Source: a virus
Strand: one strand, 5' to 3'
IMG/VR virus record: IMGVR_UViG_3300027659_000027
Span: 12,025 to 76,024 of that record
Length of the DNA stretch: 64,000 bases
Shown here: positions 28,765 through 39,956 of the stretch, piece by piece
How positions within the stretch are numbered: the first letter of the stretch is position 1
Layout of the letters: each line of letters opens with the position of its first letter
Position numbers and translations under genes: made by a program
The notes under the pieces: model-generated
The model's database searches: none
Told to the model about the DNA's origin: nothing
Seen by the model: only the letters and a program-made list of their open reading frames with translations

Positions 28765-31700
28765 TTAGATACATCTTGAGAACGGGTTGTAGCCTGCTGC
28801 AATGTAAGGTATGCCTAATCGTTGCATGTCCTCGAACACCTCAGCTACTGTCTTCCCGTTGTGATTACTTGCGGGTGTAAAGTTATACTTATCCTGCAGA
28901 CTTTTCATGGACACGGCAGTACCAGCAGTTTCATCCTGACCAACTACGTTCTCAATCTTCACTGGAGGTCGCTCTGTAGTCTTACCGGTGATCCAGTCGT
29001 CTGTCTCTATAGCCATCGACTCAGCGTGACTTACAGTGGACTGCTCTGTGCCTGGTAGTGCAAGCGTGGTATCCACAGCCTGTACATCAGGGGTGTTAAG
29101 AATTTCCTTGACATCAAGGGTGATGGCCGGGTGAACTGTATAAATATGCTTACCGTCCACCACATTGGTGCCCACCACGTTGGTCTTGGTGTTCGCCTTT
29201 ATAAAGTCGTTGTAGCTATCGTGGTCGGTGAATGCCCACACGCCATCAGCTCTGAATATAGGAGCGGTGAACTTGCCCGGTGTGTTGATACCAATAAGCT
29301 TAACTCCGTCCTTATCCTTTTGGAAGTTGACGTTCTTGTACCTGCCTCCTATACCCGCAAGCAACTGGCTCACGAATTTCGGATCCAGTTTGCCGTTAAT
29401 GAGCTTGGCATGGTTCGGGCGTCTTCCAGTGTAGGTAGTACCTATCTTGATGTTGCCACGGGTCTGTCCCTCTACAGCATCCTCGATCTTGAACAGGAAT
29501 TCCGATACTGTCTTCTCTCCATCAGAGCGCTTACTTGCAGCTATTGTTGAGTCGTTGAAGTGAGTGTGGGTGTACGTGAAGTACTGGTTGATGAAATTGC
29601 GTAGCCCCTCTGTCGTGAGTATGTCAATCTTCGTACGTGCCTTAACGTCTGCAGCTTCCTTCTTGTACTGAGCCTGAGACTCAGCCGTGTCAGAGGTTGC
29701 TCCGATGTATATCTCAATTGCCCTCACTATGGTGTTAAAGTCACCCTGGCTTCCTTTCTCGTCCCAGATCTTGCGAGCCATCAGCGGAGCAAGTACGTAC
29801 TCACCATTGTACCCCGGCAGCAATACCACCGGTAGGTTATCATAGTCCGTGTACCTCCTGCTATCGCCTTTGTTGACGGTCTTGTCGGTCAAGTGCCCTT
29901 GCCTTTCGTATACGTTACCCCCTTTTTTAATGATGGCCAGTGTGAGGGAACTTTCTTCTGGAAATCTTGGTAACAGCTTAGCAGTAGACTCCCACTGAAT
30001 GCGGGCCGTCTCTGTGTTCAGGTTAGGCACATTATTAAGGATAGCTGTTCCTGCTCCTACTGTATCAATGGTGGTACCAATTGACCCACGTCCTTTGTTA
30101 TGAGCTTCAGCCACAGCCTTACGTACCGCCATCATTTGTTCTTTCTGTATGGCCATGTTGTCTGTTACGTTGCCTTCGGCATCCTTTATCTCGCCTTGTA
30201 CATTCGTATACTTCTCTGCTCCCTCAGTACCAGGCATCTGTGCTGTAACCCAGCCCATACGTGGTAACCATCCGAGGATCTCCCCGTCTTCAGTCATTAT
30301 CTTGATGGGCACATCGCCCAGCTTTGTCAGGTCATCCATGTCCACATCGTTGGTGACTGTCAGGAAGTCTTTGCTGCTGGCTTGTTTCTTGAGTGGCTTA
30401 CCGTACTCGTCAAGTACCAGATCATCATCATAGTTCTGTACTCCGGAGAAGTTGGTATCTATGGCCAGTATCACTTTAGTTCCTATCGTTAACCCTTTCG
30501 GCTTGATCATACGCGTGTTGGCGTGCTCGTTAATCCTGTCCACAAGCGAGTAGGTTCTGTAAGCTTTACGCACGGGGTCAAAGAAACGCACGTACTCAAG
30601 AGCCAGTGTGTTTATCTTGATCACTTTCTCTGTCTTACGGCCAATGGTCTTCACACCATCTTCTTCCTCAGTGGTGTCAATGCCTACCTTGCTTAATACA
30701 AGAGAGTCCGCTTCACCGGTCATGCCGGCTGGGTCTACATCCTTTCCATCATCTTCAATTGATGTTTCCACTATCTTGCTCACTATATGGTTCACGGCAG
30801 TTATGTGCACATCATTGTCGTTGGTGGCATTCTCGATTACAGTGGATGCTTCAAAGGCTCTAACCGCCTCGATGTACTCTCTCATGGCCAACATAATCTG
30901 CCCACCGAGTTGTGTGTCGACGCTGTCTTTCAGAAAGTCAAGGCTAACTTTATCCCCAGTCTGCTTCACCCGCTGCTCCTCAGCAACGAGCTTGTTCTGG
31001 ATGGCAACAGGTGCAAGCTTCATGGCGAACTCATAAGCTTTAAGCTTAGCTTCTACCACTGGAAGTAGTTGCGCTGACTGAACAACAGGGGACTGAGCCA
31101 CCATCGGGTCCTCCATATTATCGATGTCTTTAGTTTTCTCCTGAGTCACGTCTACCTCTTCCTCTGAGGTTCCATCAGCATTTGTATCGTTAACCGGTGA
31201 TGCAGATCTTTTATTATTGTACCCTTCTCGTATCCTTGCAACCACAGCAGTAGTTTGAGCTATGTTTGCAACGAGGTTATCGAACAAGGTTTCTACCCGG
31301 ATTAACTCTTCCTTTACCCTGGCAAGCCTGGTTTCTGCATTCTCCTTGTTATCCTTCAGTTGATGCCACCTGTTCACCCCTTTCTGCGTGGTGTTGTACA
31401 CTATGCCATTCCTCAGGAAGGTATTCAGTTCAGCGTTAATCTGCTCAATGTTCTCTGTAAGTTTTACCTGTTCTTGTTGCAGGGCTTTTAACTCAACTAC
31501 GTAATCATTACGTAGTCTATTCTTTGTACGAAGAAGCTGCTCTTCGGTAGCCACATAGTTCTTTTGGCGCTTAAGATCTTCAAGTTTAGCGGCTTCTCTT
31601 TCAGCTACTGTTTTCTTAACCATCTCACGATGCAGTGCTTCTGACTTCTTTACCATAGCTCTGGTACCTTTCTCACTCTTTAGTTCCAACAGAGCTGCAG

Positions 31701-34182
31701 ACCCTTCCTTGTACTCATTGCGCTGCTCCTCAAGGAATGCCTCAAGAGCTAAGCGGTCTTTACCAAGCTGATGTTTTTTCCCAACAGCTTCGGTTAAGTC
31801 CTCAAACTTTTTGTCTGGGTTGGCCTGAGCCCACTCATTGTACCCGGTTGTATTGTATAGCACATCTTGTGACTCCTTTACCTTGGCCTCAGCAAACCTG
31901 TGACGACGAATCAACACTTGTTCAAGTTTGGCAACAGCACCAAGTTCTGAATCTTCTTCCATCCCAAGAATGTGGTACTTCTTTATGAGGTTGTTCACTA
32001 CAGCTTTTGCTGCAGCGTCATTAGGGTTTGCTTGTAGTGCAGTCTTGGCGTCACGTAAAAGTGCGGCCTGCTCTGCATATCTGTTCTGTGTTTCTATAGC
32101 TACCTGTTCAGCTTCACTGCTGCGAATGATTTCTTTGTTGTAACCGGTTACATCGCTGGAGGCGTCAATCAGTACATCCTCTTCGGATTTTAGCTCCAAT
32201 GCTTTCTGCTCCAACCTCTTGATGCGCTTGTCCATAGAGTACAAAGTCATCTCCCTTGAACTAATAGCATCAGCTACCCGCTGTACTGCAGGGTTATCCT
32301 CACGACCATACTTCTGCTGTATCTTGGCGTGGATCTTTTCCAGGTCTGACAGGGAAGAGATAGCGGTCTCTGCTTTCTTCTTGTACTCATTATCATCCAT
32401 GTCCTTGGCAAGACCCAGCCGCATAGCCTCAGTAACATCACCGGCTTTCTCGTACTTGGCTTGCAGAGCATCTCTTTGTACAATAGCAGCTTCTTTATCA
32501 GGGCCGTCTTCCATTGCGTCAATGCCATCGTTCATAGCTTCTATCTGTGGAAGCATGGCTGCTCTCTCAGGAGTTTTGTTGTCTGCTTTAGCCATCTCTC
32601 GGAATGTCTCGGCGTAATTGCCTGCCATTCCCATGTGTACTGCATTGTAGTTGTTAGCGTCCAGCAGGTCATCCTGTATGGCTTCTGCACGATCGTGCTG
32701 TCCGGCAGCTCTTGCTATACCCATTGCTGCCTTAGCCTTCTCAATAGAGTCTATATCGCTTATGATGGCATCCTTCACGTTATTAAAGTACAGCCTGTCA
32801 TGGTACTTGCCTTTGTTACGGGCAGATACTCTTTGGGTTTCGTATATCTTGTTGCCGGCTGCATCCTTCTCACCAGTCTCAATTGCCTTACCGTTGTCGT
32901 CCATCTTGGTAACTTTGTGGAGAGCGATGTTGTCAATGATGCTCGATTGAGCAACACCACCAACTGCACCGAGTGCAAAAGATAGAGCCCCTTCCTTGTC
33001 CATAGTCCGCTCGAAGTAATGAGATAGTTCCCCAAACTGGTCAAATAGCCCCTTTGTACGTGCTGTTTTTGTCTTGTCGTCCCATGACTGGCCAAGGGCT
33101 TCACCGGTTCTCTCAGCGAATAAGTTAGTAAGTTCTTCTATACCTTCCCCACCTGAGGACTTCAAGTAATGCATGGCGCCTTGGTTCTTAAGTACCTGCT
33201 TGGCTATCGCTTTGTCAGCTATATTGGTACCTGTGCGAATTCTCTTTCCAAAATCTTCAAGCGTTTCCCCGGCAGCCTGGCCACCTTGCTTTTCCCAAAA
33301 CTTACGTATTAGGTTCTCGTTCTTATGAGCGAACGCTCCACTTAACATCTCCATGTTCAGAAACGTATTGAGCACGGTATTTAACTGTACGGTTGTGGCA
33401 GCTGACTGTGAGGCTGTATGCTTGGCTAATGCGTCTGCTTCCTCCAAACTCTTACCTGCACGAAGGTGGTTTTTAAGTTGGGTATCGTAAGTCTTATCGT
33501 AGATACTCTTACCCATCATCGCTCCCTCGGTATAAGCCAAGGCTCCAGAGGTCAGTATCTCCACTCCTTTGTTTACAGCTGCCATGGTCTTCCTGCCGGC
33601 ATTAAGTGCCTGAGCCCCTTTACCTATTGTACCAAACAGTTTGGCAAGTCCTATACCTTGTACAGCAAAAGACCCTGCACTTACTGCAAGGCCTTGAATG
33701 TTCTGTGTCCACCAGGCAGCGTCACCAAATGCGAATGTGTCATTGCTTTTTCTGTACATTGGGAACCACTCTTCATCAATCTTTCGGGTAGCCTCTTTGG
33801 CCCACTCAGTCATAGGGTTTGAATAATCTCTGTCATCGCCAAACTCACTAAGTGCAGCGCCCATATATCCTATGCCCTCTACAAGAGAAGTACCAAACTT
33901 GGGTAGTAACCCCGCAAGCATGTTAACCCACTTATCGCCAGCAGACTGCGCTGCACCACGACGTAAGTTTGGGTCTCCCTGGTTTTCATACAGGCCACCT
34001 TTAAGGTAACCGTTGTACTCCGCAGGATCGTAATGACTCACCCTTGTAGAACTGTTGGGATTGTCAGCAAGACCACTCATTGGAGCAGGTTTACCTTTAG
34101 GAAGTGGTGGCTTAACTGGATCCGGGTCTCCAGCTCCTTTACCACCATCGTATATGTCATTCAACTCCTCGAAGTCTTTCAT
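28765..34182 (-). CDS. Large virion cargo (ejection) protein
   Basis: 1805 aa with Gly/Ala-rich amphipathic N-third ('GEGIEEL') and long coiled coils, directly upstream of the RNAP as in crAss-like phages. Confidence 0.75.
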   Translation of the reverse strand: MKDFEELNDIYDGGKGAGDPDPVKPPLPKGKPAPMSGLADNPNSSTRVSHYDPAEYNGYLKGGLYENQGDPNLRRGAAQSAGDKWVNMLAGLLPKFGTSLVEGIGYMGAALSEFGDDRDYSNPMTEWAKEATRKIDEEWFPMYRKSNDTFAFGDAAWWTQNIQGLAVSAGSFAVQGIGLAKLFGTIGKGAQALNAGRKTMAAVNKGVEILTSGALAYTEGAMMGKSIYDKTYDTQLKNHLRAGKSLEEADALAKHTASQSAATTVQLNTVLNTFLNMEMLSGAFAHKNENLIRKFWEKQGGQAAGETLEDFGKRIRTGTNIADKAIAKQVLKNQGAMHYLKSSGGEGIEELTNLFAERTGEALGQSWDDKTKTARTKGLFDQFGELSHYFERTMDKEGALSFALGAVGGVAQSSIIDNIALHKVTKMDDNGKAIETGEKDAAGNKIYETQRVSARNKGKYHDRLYFNNVKDAIISDIDSIEKAKAAMGIARAAGQHDRAEAIQDDLLDANNYNAVHMGMAGNYAETFREMAKADNKTPERAAMLPQIEAMNDGIDAMEDGPDKEAAIVQRDALQAKYEKAGDVTEAMRLGLAKDMDDNEYKKKAETAISSLSDLEKIHAKIQQKYGREDNPAVQRVADAISSREMTLYSMDKRIKRLEQKALELKSEEDVLIDASSDVTGYNKEIIRSSEAEQVAIETQNRYAEQAALLRDAKTALQANPNDAAAKAVVNNLIKKYHILGMEEDSELGAVAKLEQVLIRRHRFAEAKVKESQDVLYNTTGYNEWAQANPDKKFEDLTEAVGKKHQLGKDRLALEAFLEEQRNEYKEGSAALLELKSEKGTRAMVKKSEALHREMVKKTVAEREAAKLEDLKRQKNYVATEEQLLRTKNRLRNDYVVELKALQQEQVKLTENIEQINAELNTFLRNGIVYNTTQKGVNRWHQLKDNKENAETRLARVKEELIRVETLFDNLVANIAQTTAVVARIREGYNNKRSASPVNDTNADGTSEEEVDVTQEKTKDIDNMEDPMVAQSPVVQSAQLLPVVEAKLKAYEFAMKLAPVAIQNKLVAEEQRVKQTGDKVSLDFLKDSVDTQLGGQIMLAMREYIEAVRAFEASTVIENATNDNDVHITAVNHIVSKIVETSIEDDGKDVDPAGMTGEADSLVLSKVGIDTTEEEDGVKTIGRKTEKVIKINTLALEYVRFFDPVRKAYRTYSLVDRINEHANTRMIKPKGLTIGTKVILAIDTNFSGVQNYDDDLVLDEYGKPLKKQASSKDFLTVTNDVDMDDLTKLGDVPIKIMTEDGEILGWLPRMGWVTAQMPGTEGAEKYTNVQGEIKDAEGNVTDNMAIQKEQMMAVRKAVAEAHNKGRGSIGTTIDTVGAGTAILNNVPNLNTETARIQWESTAKLLPRFPEESSLTLAIIKKGGNVYERQGHLTDKTVNKGDSRRYTDYDNLPVVLLPGYNGEYVLAPLMARKIWDEKGSQGDFNTIVRAIEIYIGATSDTAESQAQYKKEAADVKARTKIDILTTEGLRNFINQYFTYTHTHFNDSTIAASKRSDGEKTVSEFLFKIEDAVEGQTRGNIKIGTTYTGRRPNHAKLINGKLDPKFVSQLLAGIGGRYKNVNFQKDKDGVKLIGINTPGKFTAPIFRADGVWAFTDHDSYNDFIKANTKTNVVGTNVVDGKHIYTVHPAITLDVKEILNTPDVQAVDTTLALPGTEQSTVSHAESMAIETDDWITGKTTERPPVKIENVVGQDETAGTAVSMKSLQDKYNFTPASNHNGKTVAEVFEDMQRLGIPYIAAGYNPFSRCI

Positions 34183-34187
34183 AGTGG

Positions 34188-36482
34188 TTAGTTTTGCTTT
34201 TTGGATTCTTTGTAAAATTCTCCTGTCTCTACCGCATTCTTAAACAAGTGCCCTACTTTTCCAGGGTCACCACTTTGTAGTGGCACTCCTTTGTAGTTTA
34301 TCACATTTCCTGACTCATCCCACAATGCAAACGTACCTTGATTGCTTTGATAGAATTTTACCGGTTCAGGCCCTTTTCCTCTGTAGTCAAGCATAAGTGG
34401 AGTACCGTAGTAATCGCTTGTTACCAACTCCGGTTTGCTTGCTCCTAACAACATGTTAGTGCCGGAACGTGGGTCAAGATCTGCTCCTGCCTGTTGCAGT
34501 CCTGGTGTAGCTGTATTGTTCTTGGCTATATCTGCACTCATACTTTCAGCCAGTCCAGAACCAGCAAGGCTTACCTGCAATGTTTTCAGGTAGTTTCCAT
34601 CCTTATCTTTGTACACAACAGTAGACCTTTGAGTCTGGCCATTGTATCCTGTAACCTCAGACTTATCCTTGTCCCAACCCTCAGGCGCGTCTTCTTTAGT
34701 TAATGTACCAACTGCGTAGTTCGTGCGACCTTCAAGTGAGTTCTTAACAGATTTTATCTCATTATCTTTTAAAGTTATCCTTGTACCAGCAAGTGTTTGT
34801 GGCATGTCTTCCAAAGCAGAGGCAATCTTTAGTGCTTTTGCTGTAACTGTATTAGCCGCAAAGCTTGGAGTAGCCATCACATCGTCCAACGTGTTGCTGT
34901 ATGCCGCACCCCCAGATGCTGCAGCGCCCGCTGAGGAGGAATTTTTCATTATACCTGGAATAAGTATAAGTCCTTTACCTGGTACATAAAATTGCCTTCC
35001 ACCGTATTTAGTACTTTTTACTGAACCACTTAATAAAGCCATGGCAATTTCTTCGTGGGTTATCTGCTGCCCTCCTTTTGTGGCTAAGCCGTTCGGATAA
35101 GCTTTTTTGACCTCAACAATAGCTTTAGGCATTTCTGTAGCTGTCAGGCTTGCAAAAGTGGTATTAACATTTCCAGTTACTTGCTGAGCTGCAAGGTTCC
35201 TACGATTGACTAATATGTTCTCCATTTCGCTTTTCACTTTCTTATTCGCGTTGTTTGTAGCTATCAACTCGTTCTTTTTTGTGTTTAACTGCCCTTTGGC
35301 ATCGCCAGTAGCTGTTTCAAGGCTTTTGTTGATTACAGCAATTTCTTTATCTGTTGAGGTTATAGCGGCATTAGCTTTAGTTATTTCATTGCTCACTCCT
35401 CCTTCTGTTTTAGCCCATCCTTCCATTTCTGTAGTTTGGTCCGGAGATGTCAGTCGTATAGTGTTTGTAGCAGCAGCAGTAGCAGCTTCCTGTACTCCGT
35501 AGGCATTGGCACTAACGTCTTTTGTTGAGGTACGATCGTTTTGGCGGAACTTACCTACTGCCAGGTCATCCATTATTCCTCTCATCTCTGTCTCTTTCAG
35601 TGATGCGCCAACTCTCTCTACTGCATCTCTCAATGGTATACCTGATGCAACCAGTGCGTCTATGTCTTCTTTTGTTTTATTGGGGATTACATTACCCTTA
35701 GCGTCCTTCACTGTCTCCGGAAGTTTGCTGTACAGGCTCTTAGCCATCTTACCGCTCTGCCATCCGGATAACTCTCCCTCCTGCTTGATGTAAGCTTGTA
35801 CATCTGCGTCAAGAGCAGAGGCGTTACGGATTATACCTTTTATCCTCTCTGGATCCAGTACTGTGGAGCTGCTACCGTTCTTAACAATCCACTGTCCGCC
35901 TATCTGTACAATCTCCTCACCGGTCTTAAGTGGTATAGCACCCTTCACCCACTCTTCGATCTTCTTGGGCATGTCTACCTGCTTAGCTGCAGTAACTCCT
36001 GTATAGGTACCATCAAGCTCTCCTGTTATAGGGTTTGTGTACACACCTTTACCATACCTCTGATCATCGTCATCAGACTTTGCTAACAACAATGATTGCT
36101 TTTCTGGTGTAAGATCCTTCAAAGTGGCTGCATAAGCAGTTCTATTCTCTGCACGTTTTGCAAGAGGTCTCAACCCCATGGCTGTTTTCTGAGCAACCTT
36201 TCTTGTAAGGACTACCATGTTCTCATAGTCGGGCCTCTTGGTTATCTCAGCAATGTCAGTGTCAGCTTGTGTCATAACAGATTTGTACGCTTCCTGATCA
36301 CTCTTAAGGTGAAGAACAGGTGCTATCTTGCGCTTGTAATTAGTCTCCTCAACAGTTGACAGAGCTGTGTTGTACTTGACATCCAAATCCTCTTTCATGT
36401 ACTTAAGGTCAGGAATGACTGAACCCGCAAATTCAGGTATGCGGGTAGAGTTGGATTGCCGGTAGTTATCGTAAAGTCCCAT
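34188..36482 (-). CDS. Virion cargo protein
   Basis: 764 aa helical/coiled-coil protein in the cargo cluster; called by synteny. Confidence 0.65.
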   Translation of the reverse strand: MGLYDNYRQSNSTRIPEFAGSVIPDLKYMKEDLDVKYNTALSTVEETNYKRKIAPVLHLKSDQEAYKSVMTQADTDIAEITKRPDYENMVVLTRKVAQKTAMGLRPLAKRAENRTAYAATLKDLTPEKQSLLLAKSDDDDQRYGKGVYTNPITGELDGTYTGVTAAKQVDMPKKIEEWVKGAIPLKTGEEIVQIGGQWIVKNGSSSTVLDPERIKGIIRNASALDADVQAYIKQEGELSGWQSGKMAKSLYSKLPETVKDAKGNVIPNKTKEDIDALVASGIPLRDAVERVGASLKETEMRGIMDDLAVGKFRQNDRTSTKDVSANAYGVQEAATAAATNTIRLTSPDQTTEMEGWAKTEGGVSNEITKANAAITSTDKEIAVINKSLETATGDAKGQLNTKKNELIATNNANKKVKSEMENILVNRRNLAAQQVTGNVNTTFASLTATEMPKAIVEVKKAYPNGLATKGGQQITHEEIAMALLSGSVKSTKYGGRQFYVPGKGLILIPGIMKNSSSAGAAASGGAAYSNTLDDVMATPSFAANTVTAKALKIASALEDMPQTLAGTRITLKDNEIKSVKNSLEGRTNYAVGTLTKEDAPEGWDKDKSEVTGYNGQTQRSTVVYKDKDGNYLKTLQVSLAGSGLAESMSADIAKNNTATPGLQQAGADLDPRSGTNMLLGASKPELVTSDYYGTPLMLDYRGKGPEPVKFYQSNQGTFALWDESGNVINYKGVPLQSGDPGKVGHLFKNAVETGEFYKESKKQN

Positions 36483-36502
36483 AGGTGGTATTGGTTTATT
36501 GG

Positions 36503-37528
36503 TTATCCCATCACTGGGTACATCTTCTTAGAATTGAATCTCTTTATCAGTCCACCTTTGGCGAACTTAGTTCGTGGTCTTCCAGCAGCGTCATCCTCAG
36601 CCCACTGATTCATCTTGCGTGTAAGTGCAAGGTTTGTATCAGTGCCTAAAAGTATCTTTGTCTTATACGCCTCAAGATCCAGCTGCTTTTTGTAGTTCTG
36701 CATGCCCACGTACTTATCTCCAGCATTGGCAATGTTAGCAGAAGAGTTGTTCATCTGAGCAATCTTGCGCTCAATACCCTTGTCATCGAATGCATCCAGC
36801 TTGTTGTTGTTGCCGGCTGCAATTGCTGCGTTGGTCTTAATGCTCTCATTGGTGATTAGTACATTACCATTACGCTCCGCCTGATTAACTGAAGACAACT
36901 GATTGAACCTGGTGGCCAGGTTGGATTGGGTTACGGCTTCCGCTGTGTTCTCATCCATGCGGGCATAAGCGTTAGCGTTAGAGCCACGTATCCCACGCTC
37001 CACCATGTACCTGTCGTTATCCATATTGAGCTTACTCAGTACTATCGGCGCGTCAAGGTGAGGAGCCTTAGGGTTAGGTAATCTCTGCATTGAGTTGGCT
37101 ACGTTACTCAGGTAGGGTGCTGCTGAGTCTACCTTTTTCAATATGGCGTTCAGCTTCTCTTCTCTTTCCTTTCTTACTATAGCCTTGTAATCTATACCAG
37201 CTGCAGGTGCCTTCTTTGGTCTTGGTGACAGGGTAGTAGAGTCAAGCCCGGCAATAACCGGCTTTGCTGTACCAGTGACCCTTGCAGGGCCTGTAATTGT
37301 AGAGTTTAGTGATAGTTTAGATAAAGGAGTCTTAACTACACTACTTGCCGGTACCACTTTGGTACTTTTCCATGACGTGGCTATACTGTTAGCGGTAGCC
37401 GTAAAAGGTTTAACAGCAGCTTTCTTCTCAAGCCCGCTCAGTACTTTTGCACTTTTACTTAACCTTGCTGCCTTCTGCGCCGGAGTTTCTACTACGGGTT
37501 TCTTTGGTACTTTATCGTATGTTGCCAT
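36503..37528 (-). CDS. Virion cargo or internal protein
   Basis: Basic disordered N-half, N/Q/A-rich helical C-half and a terminal 'FAKGG' motif. Confidence 0.6.
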   Translation of the reverse strand: MATYDKVPKKPVVETPAQKAARLSKSAKVLSGLEKKAAVKPFTATANSIATSWKSTKVVPASSVVKTPLSKLSLNSTITGPARVTGTAKPVIAGLDSTTLSPRPKKAPAAGIDYKAIVRKEREEKLNAILKKVDSAAPYLSNVANSMQRLPNPKAPHLDAPIVLSKLNMDNDRYMVERGIRGSNANAYARMDENTAEAVTQSNLATRFNQLSSVNQAERNGNVLITNESIKTNAAIAAGNNNKLDAFDDKGIERKIAQMNNSSANIANAGDKYVGMQNYKKQLDLEAYKTKILLGTDTNLALTRKMNQWAEDDAAGRPRTKFAKGGLIKRFNSKKMYPVMG

Positions 37529-37546
37529 GTGTGTGTGGTTTAGTGG

Positions 37547-39103
37547 TTATTTAATGCCCATCTTCTTTTTGAAGTACTCCTGCTGCATGGCGAGGTTGTT
37601 CTCCTTCTGCTCCAGTATCTTAAGGGCGTTGATGCGCTCACGGGTTGCAGGCTTCTGCTCTATCTTACCCTTGGCCACCATCAGCGGCTTGTGTGCCTGA
37701 GCAAATCCCAACTGAGCCGAGTATACGAAGTTGTCCTTGATGGTCTCCTTACCCTCTACCTCTGCTCCTGCTATCTTCACCCCGCCTTGTGAGTGTGAGT
37801 TGCCTTTTACCTCCACACCATCAGAGGACTTGGCAACCAGGGATCCACCTGGCTTTGCACCCGGTGCCTGTGTACCCTTGTACCCTGCTCGGATGTCACC
37901 CCCATTTGCTTTCTCCATTCCGAAGTTGTTCGTTAGGTCTGAAGAGGTGCCTATCAGGTCAACCGCTTGTACCATCGCTGCTTTTTCGGCAGCAGTCCTT
38001 GCAACTCTCTTTCCGCCAGCTTTTAAGAGCGCCTTAACTTTGGTGGCTCCTGGTAAAGGCAGAGCTCCCACAAGGTTAAGGTTGCCATTTAGATTATCCC
38101 CTTTAGAGTAGGCATCGTAAGCATCAACTGCACCCATAGAGGAGTTTAATGCCATCGCTGGATACCTGACAAATGGGAGAGGGACAAACTGCGCTGCAGC
38201 GGTAACTTTCTTGGCTCCGTTCCATAGTTCGTTCCCCCTTTCTTTAGCCCTGCTATCACTTTGTATGCTCCTTCTGTCCACATTACCACTATTAACTTTA
38301 GCTGCTGTTATTTCTTTCATCGTGTCCGGCTCTCTTCTCGTAGCCTTGACGCGGTTATCAAATTTAGGCATTGGTCGAAGGTTGTCCTGCGCTTGTGGCT
38401 TTATAGGCCCGCCCATAGCAGCTACCGGTAAAGGAACCTTAAGTGGGTTAGGCGCTACTGAGAAATGCTGGAATTCGCTTCTGTATACATTGCTGCTCGG
38501 GTTGTTGTTCTTCATGTACTCAGCCATCGTTTTGATGGACTGGTTGATCGTCGGAGCGTCAATTGACTTACCGTCCATAACCACGCCATTGTATTTATTG
38601 TAGTTGTTGGTTATCTGTTTGCTTCTGTCACGCTTTCGAGGTGGCACATCGAGTACACCACCATTGGAAAAGTATGAACCCTGAAGGTTGCCGGTCAGCA
38701 TGCTTGGATTGTTTGCTATTTGAGCAAGTCCCATATTGTCTCTTCTCTTCTCGCGTTGTTTATCCCGGTTTGCGATCTTACGGGTTTCGTTTCTTTTCCC
38801 GGTAACACCAATTACTGCTCCGGCTCCGGCTCCGACTACCGCACCAATAGCTGTACCCCATCCTGGTACCACTGATCCTACTGACGCTCCGAGTGCTCCA
38901 TACTTTAGCATACTTCCGCCAACGGTTGCTGCTTTCTTCACTTCATCGTTTATTTCACCTACTCCATTGTTAGCCTGAGCAGATCCGGCAATGGAGCCAA
39001 TGGCCCCTATACCTGCTGACAGCAAAGCTCCGCCCGCGAAGTACTTCTTAGCATTGCGGTTTTTCTTCCTGTTGTATGCGTCTGTAAGTGCTGGTGTAGT
39101 CAT
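37547..39103 (-). CDS. Virion cargo protein with glycine-zipper segment
   Basis: 'GALGASVGSVVPGWGTAIGAVVGAGAG' zipper, 'GNSHSQGGV...AEVEGKETI' motif and several xxGG motifs. Confidence 0.7.
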   Translation of the reverse strand: MTTPALTDAYNRKKNRNAKKYFAGGALLSAGIGAIGSIAGSAQANNGVGEINDEVKKAATVGGSMLKYGALGASVGSVVPGWGTAIGAVVGAGAGAVIGVTGKRNETRKIANRDKQREKRRDNMGLAQIANNPSMLTGNLQGSYFSNGGVLDVPPRKRDRSKQITNNYNKYNGVVMDGKSIDAPTINQSIKTMAEYMKNNNPSSNVYRSEFQHFSVAPNPLKVPLPVAAMGGPIKPQAQDNLRPMPKFDNRVKATRREPDTMKEITAAKVNSGNVDRRSIQSDSRAKERGNELWNGAKKVTAAAQFVPLPFVRYPAMALNSSMGAVDAYDAYSKGDNLNGNLNLVGALPLPGATKVKALLKAGGKRVARTAAEKAAMVQAVDLIGTSSDLTNNFGMEKANGGDIRAGYKGTQAPGAKPGGSLVAKSSDGVEVKGNSHSQGGVKIAGAEVEGKETIKDNFVYSAQLGFAQAHKPLMVAKGKIEQKPATRERINALKILEQKENNLAMQQEYFKKKMGIK

Positions 39104-39870
39104 TATCTATTTGATTTAAGTGCTTGAATGTTGGTCTGGTGTATCACCATTTGCTTTCCTGACTTGTTGTCGAACTCGAACCTTATTACGAAGTACTTGT
39201 CTTCCATCAGCTCCTTTTCGTACCAAGCTTTATCCACCTGTACTCCGGGTACTAAGGCGTAGTCCTTGAATATATCCTGCAAGAACTGAATGCCACGGTC
39301 TGCCAGAACATTGCGGAAGTCGTTGAACGACCACTCCCCTTTGGTTCTGCGATCTGTCTTGTACTTAGTTGGGTCAAGTACATCAGCAAGAGCTACTCTG
39401 CCACTGTGCTGCTGTGAATTCCAAACGCTTATGTGTGTAAGTGTTTGCCATTCCTGCTCTACATTGGCGTTGTCCTCTCTGCTGTTTATGACCTCTGTTA
39501 TCCAGTTCACGGTCTCCAGCAACAGATCGCTATCTGAGCGGAATACTACGTCTATGAAGAAGGGTTTAGGATCCTCGTTGTAGTAAACACCCGGTACACC
39601 GTCGTTATGTTTGTACACTTGCTTATTCTTTACGCTCCACAGTTTCTCCCTGGTATGGAAGTAGAAGTCCGGTATGTAGTCATGGAAGAAAACCCAGTTA
39701 TCTCCCTCAACACTGTAAGAGAGCGTGAACGAAGTGTCCTCCAGTCCTGCAAAGTCATGGAACTCATGAGCTACTTCTTCTTTGTCGTCGATAATGTAAT
39801 GACAGGAGGAATCATCCTCGGTCGCTAAGGGGTTGTAGTCGATCGCATTAAGGTTGGTACATCCTGTCAT
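39103..39870 (-). CDS. Muzzle/tail stabilisation protein, C-terminal part (separate ORF)
   Basis: 'SFTLSYS...WVFFHDYIPD' and 'KYFVIRFEFDN' resemble the C-terminal region of crAss-like muzzle proteins. N-terminus carries 'GCT..A..YNP.AT.DD.SC'. Confidence 0.65.
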   Translation of the reverse strand: MTGCTNLNAIDYNPLATEDDSSCHYIIDDKEEVAHEFHDFAGLEDTSFTLSYSVEGDNWVFFHDYIPDFYFHTREKLWSVKNKQVYKHNDGVPGVYYNEDPKPFFIDVVFRSDSDLLLETVNWITEVINSREDNANVEQEWQTLTHISVWNSQQHSGRVALADVLDPTKYKTDRRTKGEWSFNDFRNVLADRGIQFLQDIFKDYALVPGVQVDKAWYEKELMEDKYFVIRFEFDNKSGKQMVIHQTNIQALKSNR

Positions 39871-39956
39871 AGTGGTAAAATTATCCGATTAGGGCCGGCT
39901 TTCTGGCTGCATCCTCAGCTCTGTATGTTTACAATATGGAGTTATGCTCCCTACGT

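Noticed and set aside
39871-39956. Self-splicing intron or readthrough rejoining the muzzle halves
   Set aside because: The spacer is only 86 nt, out of frame, has stops and lacks group I or II core motifs. The second ORF has a normal leader.
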